Assembly (NCBI GenBank): GCA_032718475.1
Contig: JAUCBJ010006736.1
Coordinates: 1-64,000 of the forward strand
Origin: Nemertoderma westbladi
Lineage: Eukaryota > Animalia > Xenacoelomorpha
DNA length: 64,000 nt
Direction of reading: 5' to 3'
A program made the position numbers and the translations under genes. Below the pieces are notes generated by a model. The model was not told the origin of the DNA. It was given only the letters and a program-made list of their open reading frames with translations, and made no database searches. Positions 45,836 to 58,096 of this stretch are shown piece after piece. The stretch's first letter is position 1. Every line of letters starts with the position of its first letter.

Positions 45836-48060
45836 CTGGGTGTTCAAGAGCACCGAATGCAGACTGGACAGACTGATGAGGTTCTGATTAAGGGCATGGG
45901 GGGCGGTTGGCGACTCGCCCTCGCGTCAGCAGATGATAGTGGCAATGGTGGAATTGGTCTATTGATGAATCCAACTGCACATGCAGCATTGGACAAAATA
46001 GACCAAATCTCTAACCGCATCATCCGTTGCCACTTCTCATGTTCTGGAAGACTGGCTAAGAAGTTTCCTAAGGTGGTTCTGATTGTGTGCTACTCTCCAA
46101 CTAGTGTTGCCCCTGTAGAGGAGGTGGAAAATTTCTACCACAATCTACAAGCAGCAACTGATGGAGTGGATCAGCATGCATTCTTAACATTCCTGGGAGA
46201 CTTTAATGCAAGTCTGCATCAATCACCTACATCGCCCTGGGTCTATAGCAATAGTGTTAACCGAAATTCTGTCCATCTTCAGGATTTTATCTCTGGAAAT
46301 GGATTGTTTTCGGCTGGAACCCAGTTCAAGAAGCGAACTGGAAAGCTATGGACTCATAGTGGACCCAGTGGTCACAAGTCCCAGATAGACCATATTCTGT
46401 TTCGTAGGAAATACAGGAGCTCTATACAAGACTGTAATGCATTTACACTTCGACCCTTCTCCAGTGATCACCGCCTTATTGTGGCCAAGGTAAGACTTAG
46501 TCTGCGTGCTAGCAGAACAACGAAATCTGCCTTGCCACGGCATGACTGGTCCTCTCTGTTGCAACAGCCAAGTGTGAGATCCAGCTTCACACTACAGCTG
46601 AGCAACAGGTATGAGGCTCTTGCCTCTGAGGCGGCAGATCACTGTGAGGGCTACACTGCCTTTACAGAAGCAGTTAAGTTAGCAGCTGCAGAAACAGTTC
46701 CTGTATACCCTCGAAACAGGAAAAGGGCCCCCTGGACTGACAACAAAATTCAGAAGTGCCGAAATGACCTTCATAAGGCGCAGAAAGAGTCCCGACTCAA
46801 ACAGACTACAGCGGCCAAGAATGCAGTTAAAGCTGCATCTAGGTCCCTGAACAGGCAGTACTCTGTTAATCTACAGGAGCTAATAAACCAACAGGTTGAT
46901 GCCATCAATGATGCTGACGACAGCAGGCAATCATCCCAGGCATGGAAATCGATCAATCTGCTTACTGGGCGGAAAAGCCAACCAACCACCAAGGTTAAGG
47001 CTGAATCACCAGCCGATCGCCTCAATGGTTGGAAAGACCACTTTGAAAAGCTCCTCAATAATGACAGGGTATTGCCTGATAACTTTATAGAAGTAAAAGT
47101 GTCTGAGTCTGTACTCCCAGATATTCCCATTGGCGATATCTCCTTTGCAGAAGTGAAGGCAGCTGCAAAGAGCATTAAGACCAATCGTGCCAGTGGAGTA
47201 GATGGTGTTCCCCCTGAGGTCTTTAAAATACCTGAGTGTTTAAAGCTCATCTATCCCATCATAGTAGACATGTACCGTACAACAAGAGTCCCACAAGAAA
47301 TGAAAACAAATAAGTTGGTGCCAGTTCCCAAGAAGGGCAACCTAACACTCTATGGTTCTTTTCGGGGAATCTCATTGATCTCGATTGCTGCAAAACTATA
47401 CAATAGAATTCTATTAAATCGCATCAGGGATCCCATTGAGAGACTGCTACGTGGAAATCAGAATGGGTTCCGTAAAGGTCGTGGGACCATGGAGCCCATT
47501 TTGGCACTTAGAAGGATAATTGAAGAGTTATCAAAAAAGAAAGACAGGCATCTGGCTGTTATCTTTGTTGACTTCTTCAAGGCCTTTGATTCAGTCTCTC
47601 GCTCACGTATGTTCAGCATACTTTCATTATATGGGATTCCTGATGAAATTATTGCAGCAATCAGATCAGTATACGATGGTTCGACAACATTTGTGTCTAC
47701 TGTTGACGGTGACACAGAACCATTTGAAGTGTTATGGGGCGTCCTCCAAGGAGACACACTTGCACCATTCTTGTTCATTATTGTGGTTGACTATGTTCTA
47801 CGCATGTCCTTAGATCATCATAATGATGATGGGGTGATGATAACTCCACCTACTGGCTCCAGAAGTCGAGGAAATCCTGCCAAGTACCTAACTGATCTAG
47901 ACTTTGCTGATGACTTAGGAGTACTCTCAGAATCATTAGAGGGAGCCCAGCGGCTCCTCAGCTCATTAGAACATGCTGCTTCTAGTGTTGGTCTTTTTAT
48001 TAACTCCAGAAAGACCAAAATTCTGACAGTTAACTTTGAAAGTCCTCAGCAAGTCTCTGA
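45836..48060 (+). mobile_element. RTE-clade LINE fragment (APE endonuclease + RT), open frame, truncated at both ends
   Basis: LGVQEHR, GGIGLL, CYSPT, LGDFNA, SQIDHIL, SDHRL (endonuclease); VPVPKKG, QNGFRKGR, FVDFFKAFDSV, GVLQGDTLAPFLF, LDFADDL (RT); ends before the YLG motif. Confidence 0.93.
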
Positions 48061-48090
48061 TCGGATGAGCATAAGCTCAAAGGATGGTAT

Positions 48091-50571
48091 CCCTGCAAAC
48101 AATGTATTGTTAAAAAGCTGTTACTAAAATGTTATTTAATGACATAGATAACATTATTTCAAATTGTTAGATTAATGATAAAAAAACTGTAAATTGGCCA
48201 AGAAATATGACGTTATATACTAACGTTATTATTTCGTTTTTAATAACATTAAAATAACAAAGCCAGGATGGTTACATATATCATTACTTTTATGTTATTC
48301 CTTATCATTATTATTGTATTTTTAATGACATTAAAATAACAACGGCATAATGTTTATTTAGATCGTTACTGTTATGTTATTTCTTAACATAAAAATATTG
48401 TTTGCTAAAAACGTAACATTAAATTTACGTGCAATTAAGCCCTTCTCTCATGTTTTATGGTTCGCTTGCTCTCAAACTAATAATCCCCCTCCATTGCCGT
48501 TCTTTATTATCGTTCTTTGTAATTGCCAAACCCTTTATTGAATAATTAATTAATAATTTCCCTACGCATGTTGATATGGTAGTGGCAGGCTACAATCTCT
48601 AACACAGTTTGATTGAATACAATTTTGTTGTAGGCAATTGTATGCAAATTAATAACAATTAAAACGTATAACATGAATTGAATTTTTTGTATAATGACCA
48701 GTCAGAAACAAATAATGAAATAAACAGCAAAATCAAAGTAAAATATCACAGAATAAGTAAACAACAAATATATGGCTGTATGGCCCATTATGTAAATGGT
48801 TTTGATATTTCGGTTAAAGTTAATCACAGACTTAAAAAGAATATGTTTATGACGTAATAATAAGTGATAACAACATAATGAATTGCATCAATTAAAATAC
48901 TTTGAGTTAATATTATTCACTAGATTTATAGATCTGATTTGTAGTCTATATAAAATAATGTAGATAGATAGATATGTTTATTGACAATTTACATATGCGG
49001 TACAAATAATATCAAATATAATACTGCACAAAACCTTTACGATAATTAGTTATTGACACAGTTATATAAATTGTCCAGTAGATTTTTGAAACTGTCTATT
49101 TTGTCTTGAGAACTTTAGCGAATACTAAAATTATTTCAACGTAATTTAACACAAAAATAACAAACAAACCGACATAATAAACCTGAATATCTAGTGAATG
49201 GTAATAACCTACGCTTAATATACAGACATTACTGACTCTATATACCTACACATTTGTTCAATATTATCCATATTACCATTGAAAAAGATACATATACATA
49301 TACATGTACATATAGTGGGTTTAATAAATAATACCTCACAACAATGTTAAATTTATTAAAAGGAGCAGGTTACAGTTGGCTACAGAGGCACATATACAGA
49401 TTTTACAGATTTATTTCTGGGAGAGTAATCAGTACTTATTTGAATCGATATCTCCCTGGAGAGGGATGATTTTGATTGCATCGCAAATCCTCCCTATCTG
49501 AACAAATCATATTTAAAAAATTAAATGTTAATTATAATTATAGCTGAGTGAGCTTCATTTATTAAACTGTAAAAATAAATCAATAGGCCTAGGCCCTACA
49601 AAAGTACAATCTAAAAACTGAAACAATAAATAGTTTGAAATAACAGTTATAATGTGAAGTTTTCAAATCGAATCCAAAGTTTTGTAGTAATGCTGTCCCT
49701 GTGCCCTGCCCCTTCAACTGAAAACTGGGACCTCCCAATAATAAGAATTCCAATCTTTAGTCCTCGGCTGTTGAAATCCACCATCAGTACAGACAAATAA
49801 GTCAATCCTCCACCTGTCAGTGCTGGTTTAAGGGGACTTCCTGGTCCTGGCAGACTTGAATTCTGTAATTGGTAGGTCTAATGCAGTAATGTGTGAATCC
49901 AGAGGGTAAAGGCGAACTCGCATTCAGGTAGATATGTTTTATTTATGAGTTCAGGTTAAATAAATCACAAAACCAAAACTATAAAACCAAAAATATAAGC
50001 TACTGTACAGTGCAGTAAGTAGGCCTGCAGTAACTACACTACAGCACTACAGTAATATAGAGATAGGCCTTGCAGTACAGCAGTATAACAATACATATAC
50101 ACAATAAACATTGAATACAGGCATGCCAGAATGAGTATTGTACAACATACCATACTGTATACTATTTTACATGTGGAAAATTCCTCCATTACCGCCAATT
50201 TTAAAATTAGCCAATCATCAATCTCAGATTAGATAATAGAAGTGACAGCAGCGTCTATCGCATAATGTTTATTTTATGTGACAAAATAACATTGTTCTGA
50301 TATTTAACAAACCATGTTCTTAAAATGTTAGAACTAAACACTTATAAAACATTTTTGACTAATTTTTATGTTCTCACATTAAAATTACGTTTTTCTAACA
50401 TCAACAGTTATCATTTATTTAATGTATGACAAAGACATTATAGAGTAATGTTAAAATAACATATATTGAACATCTAAATATTATATCAAACAAGGGAATG
50501 ACATTTATCAACATTTATAACAAATTAATGATGTTTTTCTGACATTCCTCGAAAGTAAATTGTTTGCAGGG
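48091..50571. mobile_element. Non-autonomous CACTA/EnSpm(CMC)-like DNA transposon
   Basis: 13-bp TIR CCCTGCAAACAAT / ATTGTTTGCAGGG; dense AACATT/AATGTT subterminal repeats at both ends; TSD not matched (AT vs TT). Confidence 0.7.
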
Positions 50572-50734
50572 TTAATATCTAATCGTCTGATGGCAAGCAT
50601 CACCATCGCTCATATTAATATCCATTGGCAACCATGGACCCCTATTAATGTTTTGTGTCCCTCATTAATGTTTGCGTCCCTCATTAATATTTGTGTCTTG
50701 GCCGCAATACAAACCAGTATATAAATTATAAATT

Positions 50735-51045
50735 ACGGGGTTTTGCCAGGCTTATTGTTTCTGATTTAAGGGGTTTTACAGGTTGTTATTTCTAATTTAA
50801 GGGGTTTTGCCTGGTGGACTGGATTTCATATACTTGAATTTACGGTGTTTTGCAACCCAATTATTGACTTGTGGGGTTCTGCCTCGAAGTGGGCATAAGT
50901 TACGGGGAACTGTCTTTGGCTTATAACTCAAAAATGGCTGGTAGAAAAGCTTCGGTGTTCTGCCAGACGAAAAAGCCGATATCGAATTACCCAAAAAGTC
51001 AAAAACATGAAAATCGAAAAAAATCGACTTAGGGGGTTCTGCCTT
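50735..51045. repeat. Cluster of GGGGTT(T/C)TGCC motifs (probable transposon subterminal repeats)
   Basis: Motif recurs ~6 times within 300 bp. Confidence 0.4.
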
Positions 51046-51624
51046 GAAGGTGACGAATAGCAGTGATAAAATATGATTTTGTGGTCCGATTGATAAATGT
51101 GGAATTTTTTTCCATCCGTGACGTTCCGTCCGTGACGCTGGACAGCTGTTACTCAAACTAACCTAAAATTAGAACTAATTATTGTACGCTCTCCATTTTG
51201 GGCTTAAACTGATCATGAGATATGTCGGATTCTAAATAAAATAACTCTATCTACTGAGTCGAACGCGAGTTGAAAATCCAAATTTGAAAAGGGGAATAGA
51301 TAAACAGTACTGTATAAATTAATATCAGATTGAATTATAATATCAGGTTGAATTTTACTTGTAATATATCGAATAATATGTAGACAAAAATATGGAATTA
51401 ATAACATCAGTTTCTATATAGCTCGAAGTAGTGTTGGAGTGGGCGTGGGTAAAATAATGTAGAATGAAAATGAATAATGGGAAACGTAACGAGGCAAAGG
51501 TAATAAATAATACTGATTTGCTCTGCCCTATGTTGATACAATGCGCGATGGTGACGTTGAGATTCCACCTACTGTATCTCTATACTGTAGGCTCTATACA
51601 GTATCCAGTTGGCCTTTGTTTACG

Positions 51625-51768
51625 AGTTGCCGAAACGCATCTATCAGTTGCCGAAACGCATCTATCAGTTGCCGAAACGCATCTATCAGTTGCCGAAACG
51701 CACCTATCAGTTTGCCTAAGCGCATCCTGATAACAGTTGCCGAAATGCAACTATGAGTTGCCGAAATC
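51625..51768. repeat. 21-bp tandem repeat (AGTTGCCGAAACGCATCTATC), ~6 copies
   Basis: Direct tandem periodicity. Confidence 0.9.
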
Positions 51769-53344
51769 GCGAAATGCATCACAACACCCCTGTGGCTGTG
51801 GCTGTGTGGTATTTTCGATTTCGTATATTGCAAAAGCCAAAAATATAACTGCAACCTATCGCCTATGTTATTGAGTAGCAAGTTATTGTGGACGTTCTGG
51901 ACAAAATTGCCATAATTGGCACAGGTGTATTGATGTAATTTCATTAGTGTAGCCCACTAATAAAATCTGAAGAATTTGAGTAGTTCTTGTAAAATGTTTA
52001 TGAAACACTAATAAATTCACTAATCGAATGGTCTAGTATATTTAACTAATATTATTAGTCCATAATTAAAAGTCTATATTTTTTATGCAATACCCACCAG
52101 AACGTCCACATCAATCTTATTTTTTAGGTTAGGCGACCTGACTAAACAGGCTAAAATACGTTTTGGTATTTTCCAGGGTCAGTCTATAGTCTATACCAAC
52201 CTTGGCCTATACCCAATATGTATTTATTTGCGAACACAATAACATACTCTACTTAAACCTCAACGCTCTACATCATACTGTCATAAAGACAAACAATGCA
52301 TTGCAGTTTGCCGATAACTAATTTCAGTTCGTAACACTCATAGAGGGAAAGACAAAGACTCATCGGTCGGGTCTACATAGGGAATCACTGGGTTTCGGCA
52401 ATAATATGTTACTGAGATTGCAATACATTGTCGAAATGTTTTGACTCGATCGACAGGGGTATTTTGTGTCAGAAGCTACTGTATATAGGTTGAGTCAGTA
52501 GAAAGTTTATCGTTGCAATTTGTGCCATTCAATTGATCCTGGGTCGCTCTTTTTATATTAGCATCTTGTCGAAAAATAGCTCCTAGATATACATAGGATT
52601 ATGTATTTTTAACTATGATTGGACCATCTGAGCCCATAATGTTGATTTTGTCATCACTTGTTCAATTCACAACCATACTGTACACGTGTTTTTTGGGATT
52701 AACTTTCATTTTAAATTCATTACAGTATTTCGACAAAACACCAAAGCTCCTGGATAGCAGAGGGTCGTGATGATACTACAAGGGCCGCATCATCCATGAC
52801 CAGAATAATTATTACTACGCCGAGCCATCCATTCAATGGTAGTTGGTTTATTCATACCAGAGGTGGATTGATGTACGATGTGAAAACAAATGTGCTCGTT
52901 GGAGCACCCTGCGTCACACCGATCGAGGATGCAATGGAAACTTCATCCAAAATACTAGCCGTTGTATTGTACAGGAAAATGGTAAAAATGTAAATGGAAT
53001 GTACCAAAATGGTATGTATAGTATAGGATATGTAAATGGTAAACACCCCACCATGACCCGTGATATACTGTCAATTTCTGATGTCACGGTAACAAATTTC
53101 TTTTTCTACAAATCTTTACCATATTGGTTGAAAATTGAAACACTAGTTCAACTGTCACCGTCGGTCGTCGTTGTCCCAATTTATTAGGAATCATACTGTA
53201 CCTAGAAATAAAAACGTGTTGACAATCACTGACTGAGTGAGTGATCAAATTTAAAATGGCTCTAACGATTTTCCTAATTTTTTGACCATAGATACGTAGG
53301 TCAAATGGAAGGTCGCTCACAAATTTTCAGACCCAAGGGGCATG

Positions 53345-53890
53345 GGGTCTACCTACGAATGGGACGCTTTGATTGGCCGAAACTGAAACTCTATTAATCT
53401 CAACTAGAATTAAACGAAACTCGTTCAAACTCGCTAGGAACATCACTCACCTTAGTCTCAATAGCCTGGTTGGGCCACGACCCTGTCGGACCGGGGGTCT
53501 AAGGTTGGGACCCTCTGATTGGCAGAAACTAAAACTCGATAAATCCCGACTATAATTAAACGAAACTCATCCATACTCGCTAGGAACATCACTCACAAGT
53601 CTAACACCCTGGTTGGACCACGACAGCACGACCCTGTTGAACTGGGGGTCTAGGATTGGGACGCTCTGATTGGCCGAAACTGAACATCGATAAATCTCAA
53701 CTAGAATTAAACGAAACAAGTCCATACTCGTTGGAACATCGCACCCCTTAGTCTCAACACCATGGTTGGGCCACGACCCTGTTTGACCGGGAGTCTAAAA
53801 TTGGGCCACTCTGATTGTCCGAAACTGAAACTCGATAAATCTCGACTAGAATAAAACGTAACTCGACCATACTAACCAGGAACTTATTAC
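53345..53890. repeat. ~149-bp diverged tandem repeat x4 bracketed by a 26-bp direct repeat
   Basis: Units ggggtcta...ctctgattggccgaaactgaaactcgataaatctcaactagaattaaacgaaac; CCTAGAAATAAAA(A/C)CGTGTTGACAAT at 53201 and 53905. Confidence 0.8.
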
Positions 53891-55078
53891 ATTCTGTACG
53901 GAATCCTAGAAATAAAACCGTGTTGACAATGAGTGAGAATCCGGTACACCGACTGACATAGCCGACCAGACAGACAGAAAGAGCAGGACAGTACCGGTAT
54001 TTCGTTATACAGTATAGGTGCAGACAAGACGATAAAAAAAACGTCTCAACTGTGGGGCGAGCCACGAAGTGAGTGAGCCTTAGCGTAGTGGTACCATTAA
54101 TCAACCTGTCGTTCTGTCGTTCTGTCGCGTTTTTTTTCAGTATTTTATTTTAAACGTTAATAACTCGGCCAATCCTTGATGAAATCTATCCAAACTTGGT
54201 ACACATGTTGTACCTAAGCTATATACTGTTAGGTTTATTGCTGTATTGGGGTGGGGTTAGGAATAATTCATTTGTTTTAGCATTGAACTGTTGAATCCCC
54301 TTATTTATTATAAAACCATTGGAAATATTCGCAAATGCCGCTCCATTACTGTCTGAAACGCTCCCGACAGTCCGATGTATCTGGACCCGAGCAGCCGAGT
54401 TGCTTCAAGAGGTGATTAACGGGGGAATACTATGGAATTGCTTGTTTGTCAGTCTGTCAGTACGACTCTATTTGGTTATTTACTACACTCAGACACTGGG
54501 AATACGGCGGTGGGTCAGATCGTAATGCGGGCCACTGCCAAGTTCATCATGCCTCACTCCGGTCACCCACCTTGGAGTGCGGTGGGAAGAGTCCCACTTA
54601 CTGACTTACGTCGACGACTGGACGAATCGACGAGGATTGCGATCTGGGTTTAGCGGCGGCCCGGATCCTGGGATCGCCTGGGGGAAATGGTTGAACGTTG
54701 GGCAGACGTTATCACACTGGATTACGTTCTCTGTGACGCGAAAGTGTGAAGCGAATTCGTTGTCGAATTGGGTCGGAAGCTGCGGGAATTCTACTGTTCT
54801 ACGGGAGTAAACCACAGCGGTCCGGTGACTACGGACGGATACTACTGGGATAAGCAGGTATTTCGATCGAGTTTCTCGTATTCTCGATGCTCGAGGCGGA
54901 TAGAGAGTTGGTTGTGTTGGGCGGTGTTGTTCAATTCTATCAAACATATTAAATAATTGGTAAAATAATAAAAACACACCAGATAAAGATACTGGGCTTA
55001 TGGTAAAGAGATAGGCCGAACTTACAATTTCCAAATAGATTGTTCATATAATAAATATATTTTTGGTATTTGATTTCA

Positions 55079-55343
55079 AGATAGGGGGGGGGGGGGGGGG
55101 GGGGGGGGAACTGGACGCAATAAAAATTCATCCCTCTCCACGGGAAATTGGACGCAAATAACAACAGCTGATTACTCTTAAAAATAAAACTGTAACCTGT
55201 TCTATTGTGTTTACTTTATTGTTTTGGTTAAAATAACGTGCCACTGTAACCTGCTCCTTTCCCAAAATTTAGAAATTAATATTGAGGCGGGATATTAATT
55301 CGCTAAGATGGGATTTGCGTCCAGTCCCACCCCCCTCCTATCT
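55079..55343 (-). mobile_element. MITE with poly-G/poly-C TIRs (inverted copy of the 40416-40684 family)
   Basis: AGATAG(n)AACTGGACGCAA ... TTGCGTCCAGTCCCACCCCCCTCCTATCT. Confidence 0.8.
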
Positions 55344-55974
55344 CTTGATTTCACTAAAAAATAGAATACATTGCATTTTACTGTTATAATTACTGTATTG
55401 AATAAAATAATTAATTGATTGTTTATTAAACCGTGCTAAGCACGTTGAACTGGAGCTCTAACAATTCCCCACTAGCGGCAGACAGGAACTGTAAAAGTCT
55501 CTGTAGAATTTCTAATTAAGCAATGCTCTTAGGTAACTACTACTAAATTTCAGATGAATCTGATTGTTGGTTCTATAATTACAGCTATTTTTACATTTCT
55601 GTTAATTCGCCCCCTAGCGGCAGACCGGGGAACTGTAGAAATCTGTCTGTGTGTAGAGTTTCAAAATTTTTTTAAAGACTACATGTGTACCAAGTTTGGT
55701 TCCATTTCATCCATGATTGACCGACTTATTAGCGTTCAAACATTCCTGCCACGAATAAAAGCTGCAGGAACTCGAGCGATAATTAATTTATTTATTATTA
55801 AATACTGTTTCAATTAAATTCTTTACGAAAATCTAGTCATCTTCTTTTAAATATGGACCCTGCATTCATGGAAAATATAATATTTGATAATTCATCAGTC
55901 AGCCTACGCTAATTTCACAGCAAAGTCCATGTCATGGCCTGTGTGTAGTAGGCCATGGTACCACCCTACTACTA

Positions 55975-56820
55975 CTATCCGCAGCCACGTGGTCCCCAGC
56001 TGCATTATCCGTAGACACACGCTCCCCAGCTGCCCCAGCTGCACTATACGCGCCGACACGGTGCCCAGCTGCATTATCCGCAGCCACGTAGTCCCCAGCT
56101 GCATTATCCGTAGACACACGCTCCCCAGCTGCACTATACGCACCGACACGGTCCCCAGCTGCATTATCCGCAGCCACGTAGTCCCCAGCTGCATTATCCG
56201 TAGACACACGCTCCCCAGCTGCACTATACGCGCCGACACGGTCCCCAGCTGCATCACCCGCAGCCACACGGTCCCCAGCTGCATTACCCGCAGCCACACG
56301 GTCACCAGTTGCACTATCCGCAGCCACGTAGTCCCCAGCTGCATTATCCGTAGACACACGCTCCCCAGCTGCACTATACGCGCCGACACGGTCCCCAGCT
56401 GCATTACCCGCAGCCACACGGTCTCCAGCTGCATTATCCGCAGCCACGTAGTCCCCAGCTGCATTATCCGTAAACACACGCTCCCCCAGCTGCCCCAGCT
56501 GCACTATACGCGCCGACACGGTCCCCAGCTGCATTACCCGCTGCCACACGGTCCCCAGCTGCATTACCCGCTGCCACACGGTCCCCAGCTGCATTACCCG
56601 CAGCCACACGGTCCCCAGCTGCACTATACGCGCCGACACGGTCACCAGCTGCGTTATCCGCAACCACACGGTCCCCAGCTGCGTTATCCGCAGCCACGCA
56701 GTGTCCACGTCCAGCTGCGTTATCCACAGGCACACGGTCCCCAGCTGCGTTATCCGCAGCCGCACGGTCCCCAGCTGCGTTATCCGCAGCCGCAAGGACC
56801 CCAGCTGCATTATACACACG
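55975..56820. repeat. 30-bp GC-rich minisatellite (GTCCCCAGCTGCATTATCCGCAGCCACACG) with 3-unit higher-order pattern
   Basis: Direct periodicity; variants alternate. Confidence 0.95.
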
Positions 56821-56854
56821 CGCACGCCCAACTACTCTACCACTATATCCATGG

Positions 56855-57050
56855 CAAAACAACAGAGGCATCGATATCGCACACCTGAATACACAAAGCC
56901 TATATCCAAAACTGCCCGAAATAAAATTTACACTTACCACGAATAAACTACATATTCTGACAATCTCAGTGACATGGCTCGATGACTCCATCACCAACAA
57001 AGAAGTCGAAGTAGAAGGCTATCTCCTTTACAGAGCAGATCGCAGACGAG
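56855..57050 (+). mobile_element. CR1/L2-type LINE endonuclease N-terminal fragment (not in ORF track)
   Basis: Frame from 56855 reads QNNRGIDIAHLNTQSLYPKLPEIKFTLTTNKLHILTISVTWLDDSITNKEVEVEGYLLYRADRR, matching APE motifs (HLN.SL..K; ISETWL; GY..YR.DR). Confidence 0.75.
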
Positions 57051-58096
57051 ACGAGACGAGATAGACGATGTCACGGAAATAAAAAAAAAATTCTGAAAGT
57101 TTCAGAAGTACTATTATCCTAAAAACTAAATTTATATTACACATATATATGTATACTGTATGCATGCTGGATTGTAGGCGAGGCGTAGCTATTCCTATTA
57201 CTATTACTGTATTTGATTGTGTGGACATGTAAGTAGTATACAATACATGGTTCCTCGGCCAAGGTCACCCGTAGTCCATCATTACCATCCATTTCTGGTA
57301 CTGCAGCCAATCAGAAGCCACCATTTCAACCTTTTGCAATGGTCGTTATTATTTCAACCAATCAGATGTCAGCATTTCATCCGTAACCATGGTAACTTCT
57401 CAAGTTCCCGCATCTTCCGCTAGAGGCGTTATTAGTCACCCAACGCTAGTACTGCATCCAATCACCAACCTTTATTTTACAGGTGTTCGGGTGTCTACAC
57501 TTAGCATCAGGTAACTTCTATTATTTTTCAAATCGCTATTTTTTACTAGTAACTAAATTTAATTTTGCAATTTTTCAGATAACAAAATATTCAACAGGGT
57601 TCGAACCCGGGACTGATATAACTCCTCACAACTCACCAATCACTCTTCCATCCAACCTCGAGAGAAAAAGGCGATAAATATCTGAGTTATACCATAGTCA
57701 TTGAATTCTTCATCTTCATCACTGGTAGCAGATGATTATAAATAGCTTCTAGTTCCTTAACATAATTACTATAGCGTAGAATACATTAATTCGACTATTA
57801 ATAATAATCGATTTCTTTTATCGATGTAACTGATCGATCAACTAAGTTGAATATAAGTTAGAATGATAGGGCTAGCATTGATTACGTTGCATTTGTTACA
57901 CGTTACTGCTATTTCACTCTCTAACTCACGCTAATGTAATAAATTTAGCTGTACACGTTGCATCTGTTACACGAATCTACTATATTCCTCACTGTAAGTC
58001 ACTCTGCTGTATTAAAGCAACCATATAAACAGAAGTTTTACAATCTAATAATCATTTATTTAGTTTTTATTTTTCAAAATAGTTTTCATTCTAATT

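Noticed and set aside
46206-48018. Small ORFs overlapping the RTE ORF
   Set aside because: Alternate-frame or antisense shadows
55884-57000. 334-aa, 299-aa and other repetitive ORFs as host genes
   Set aside because: 30-bp minisatellite open in several frames; the only homology-supported frame is the LINE endonuclease one
57595-57615. tRNA-like GGGTTCGAACCCGGG
   Set aside because: Isolated B-box-like motif with no recognisable A box or cloverleaf
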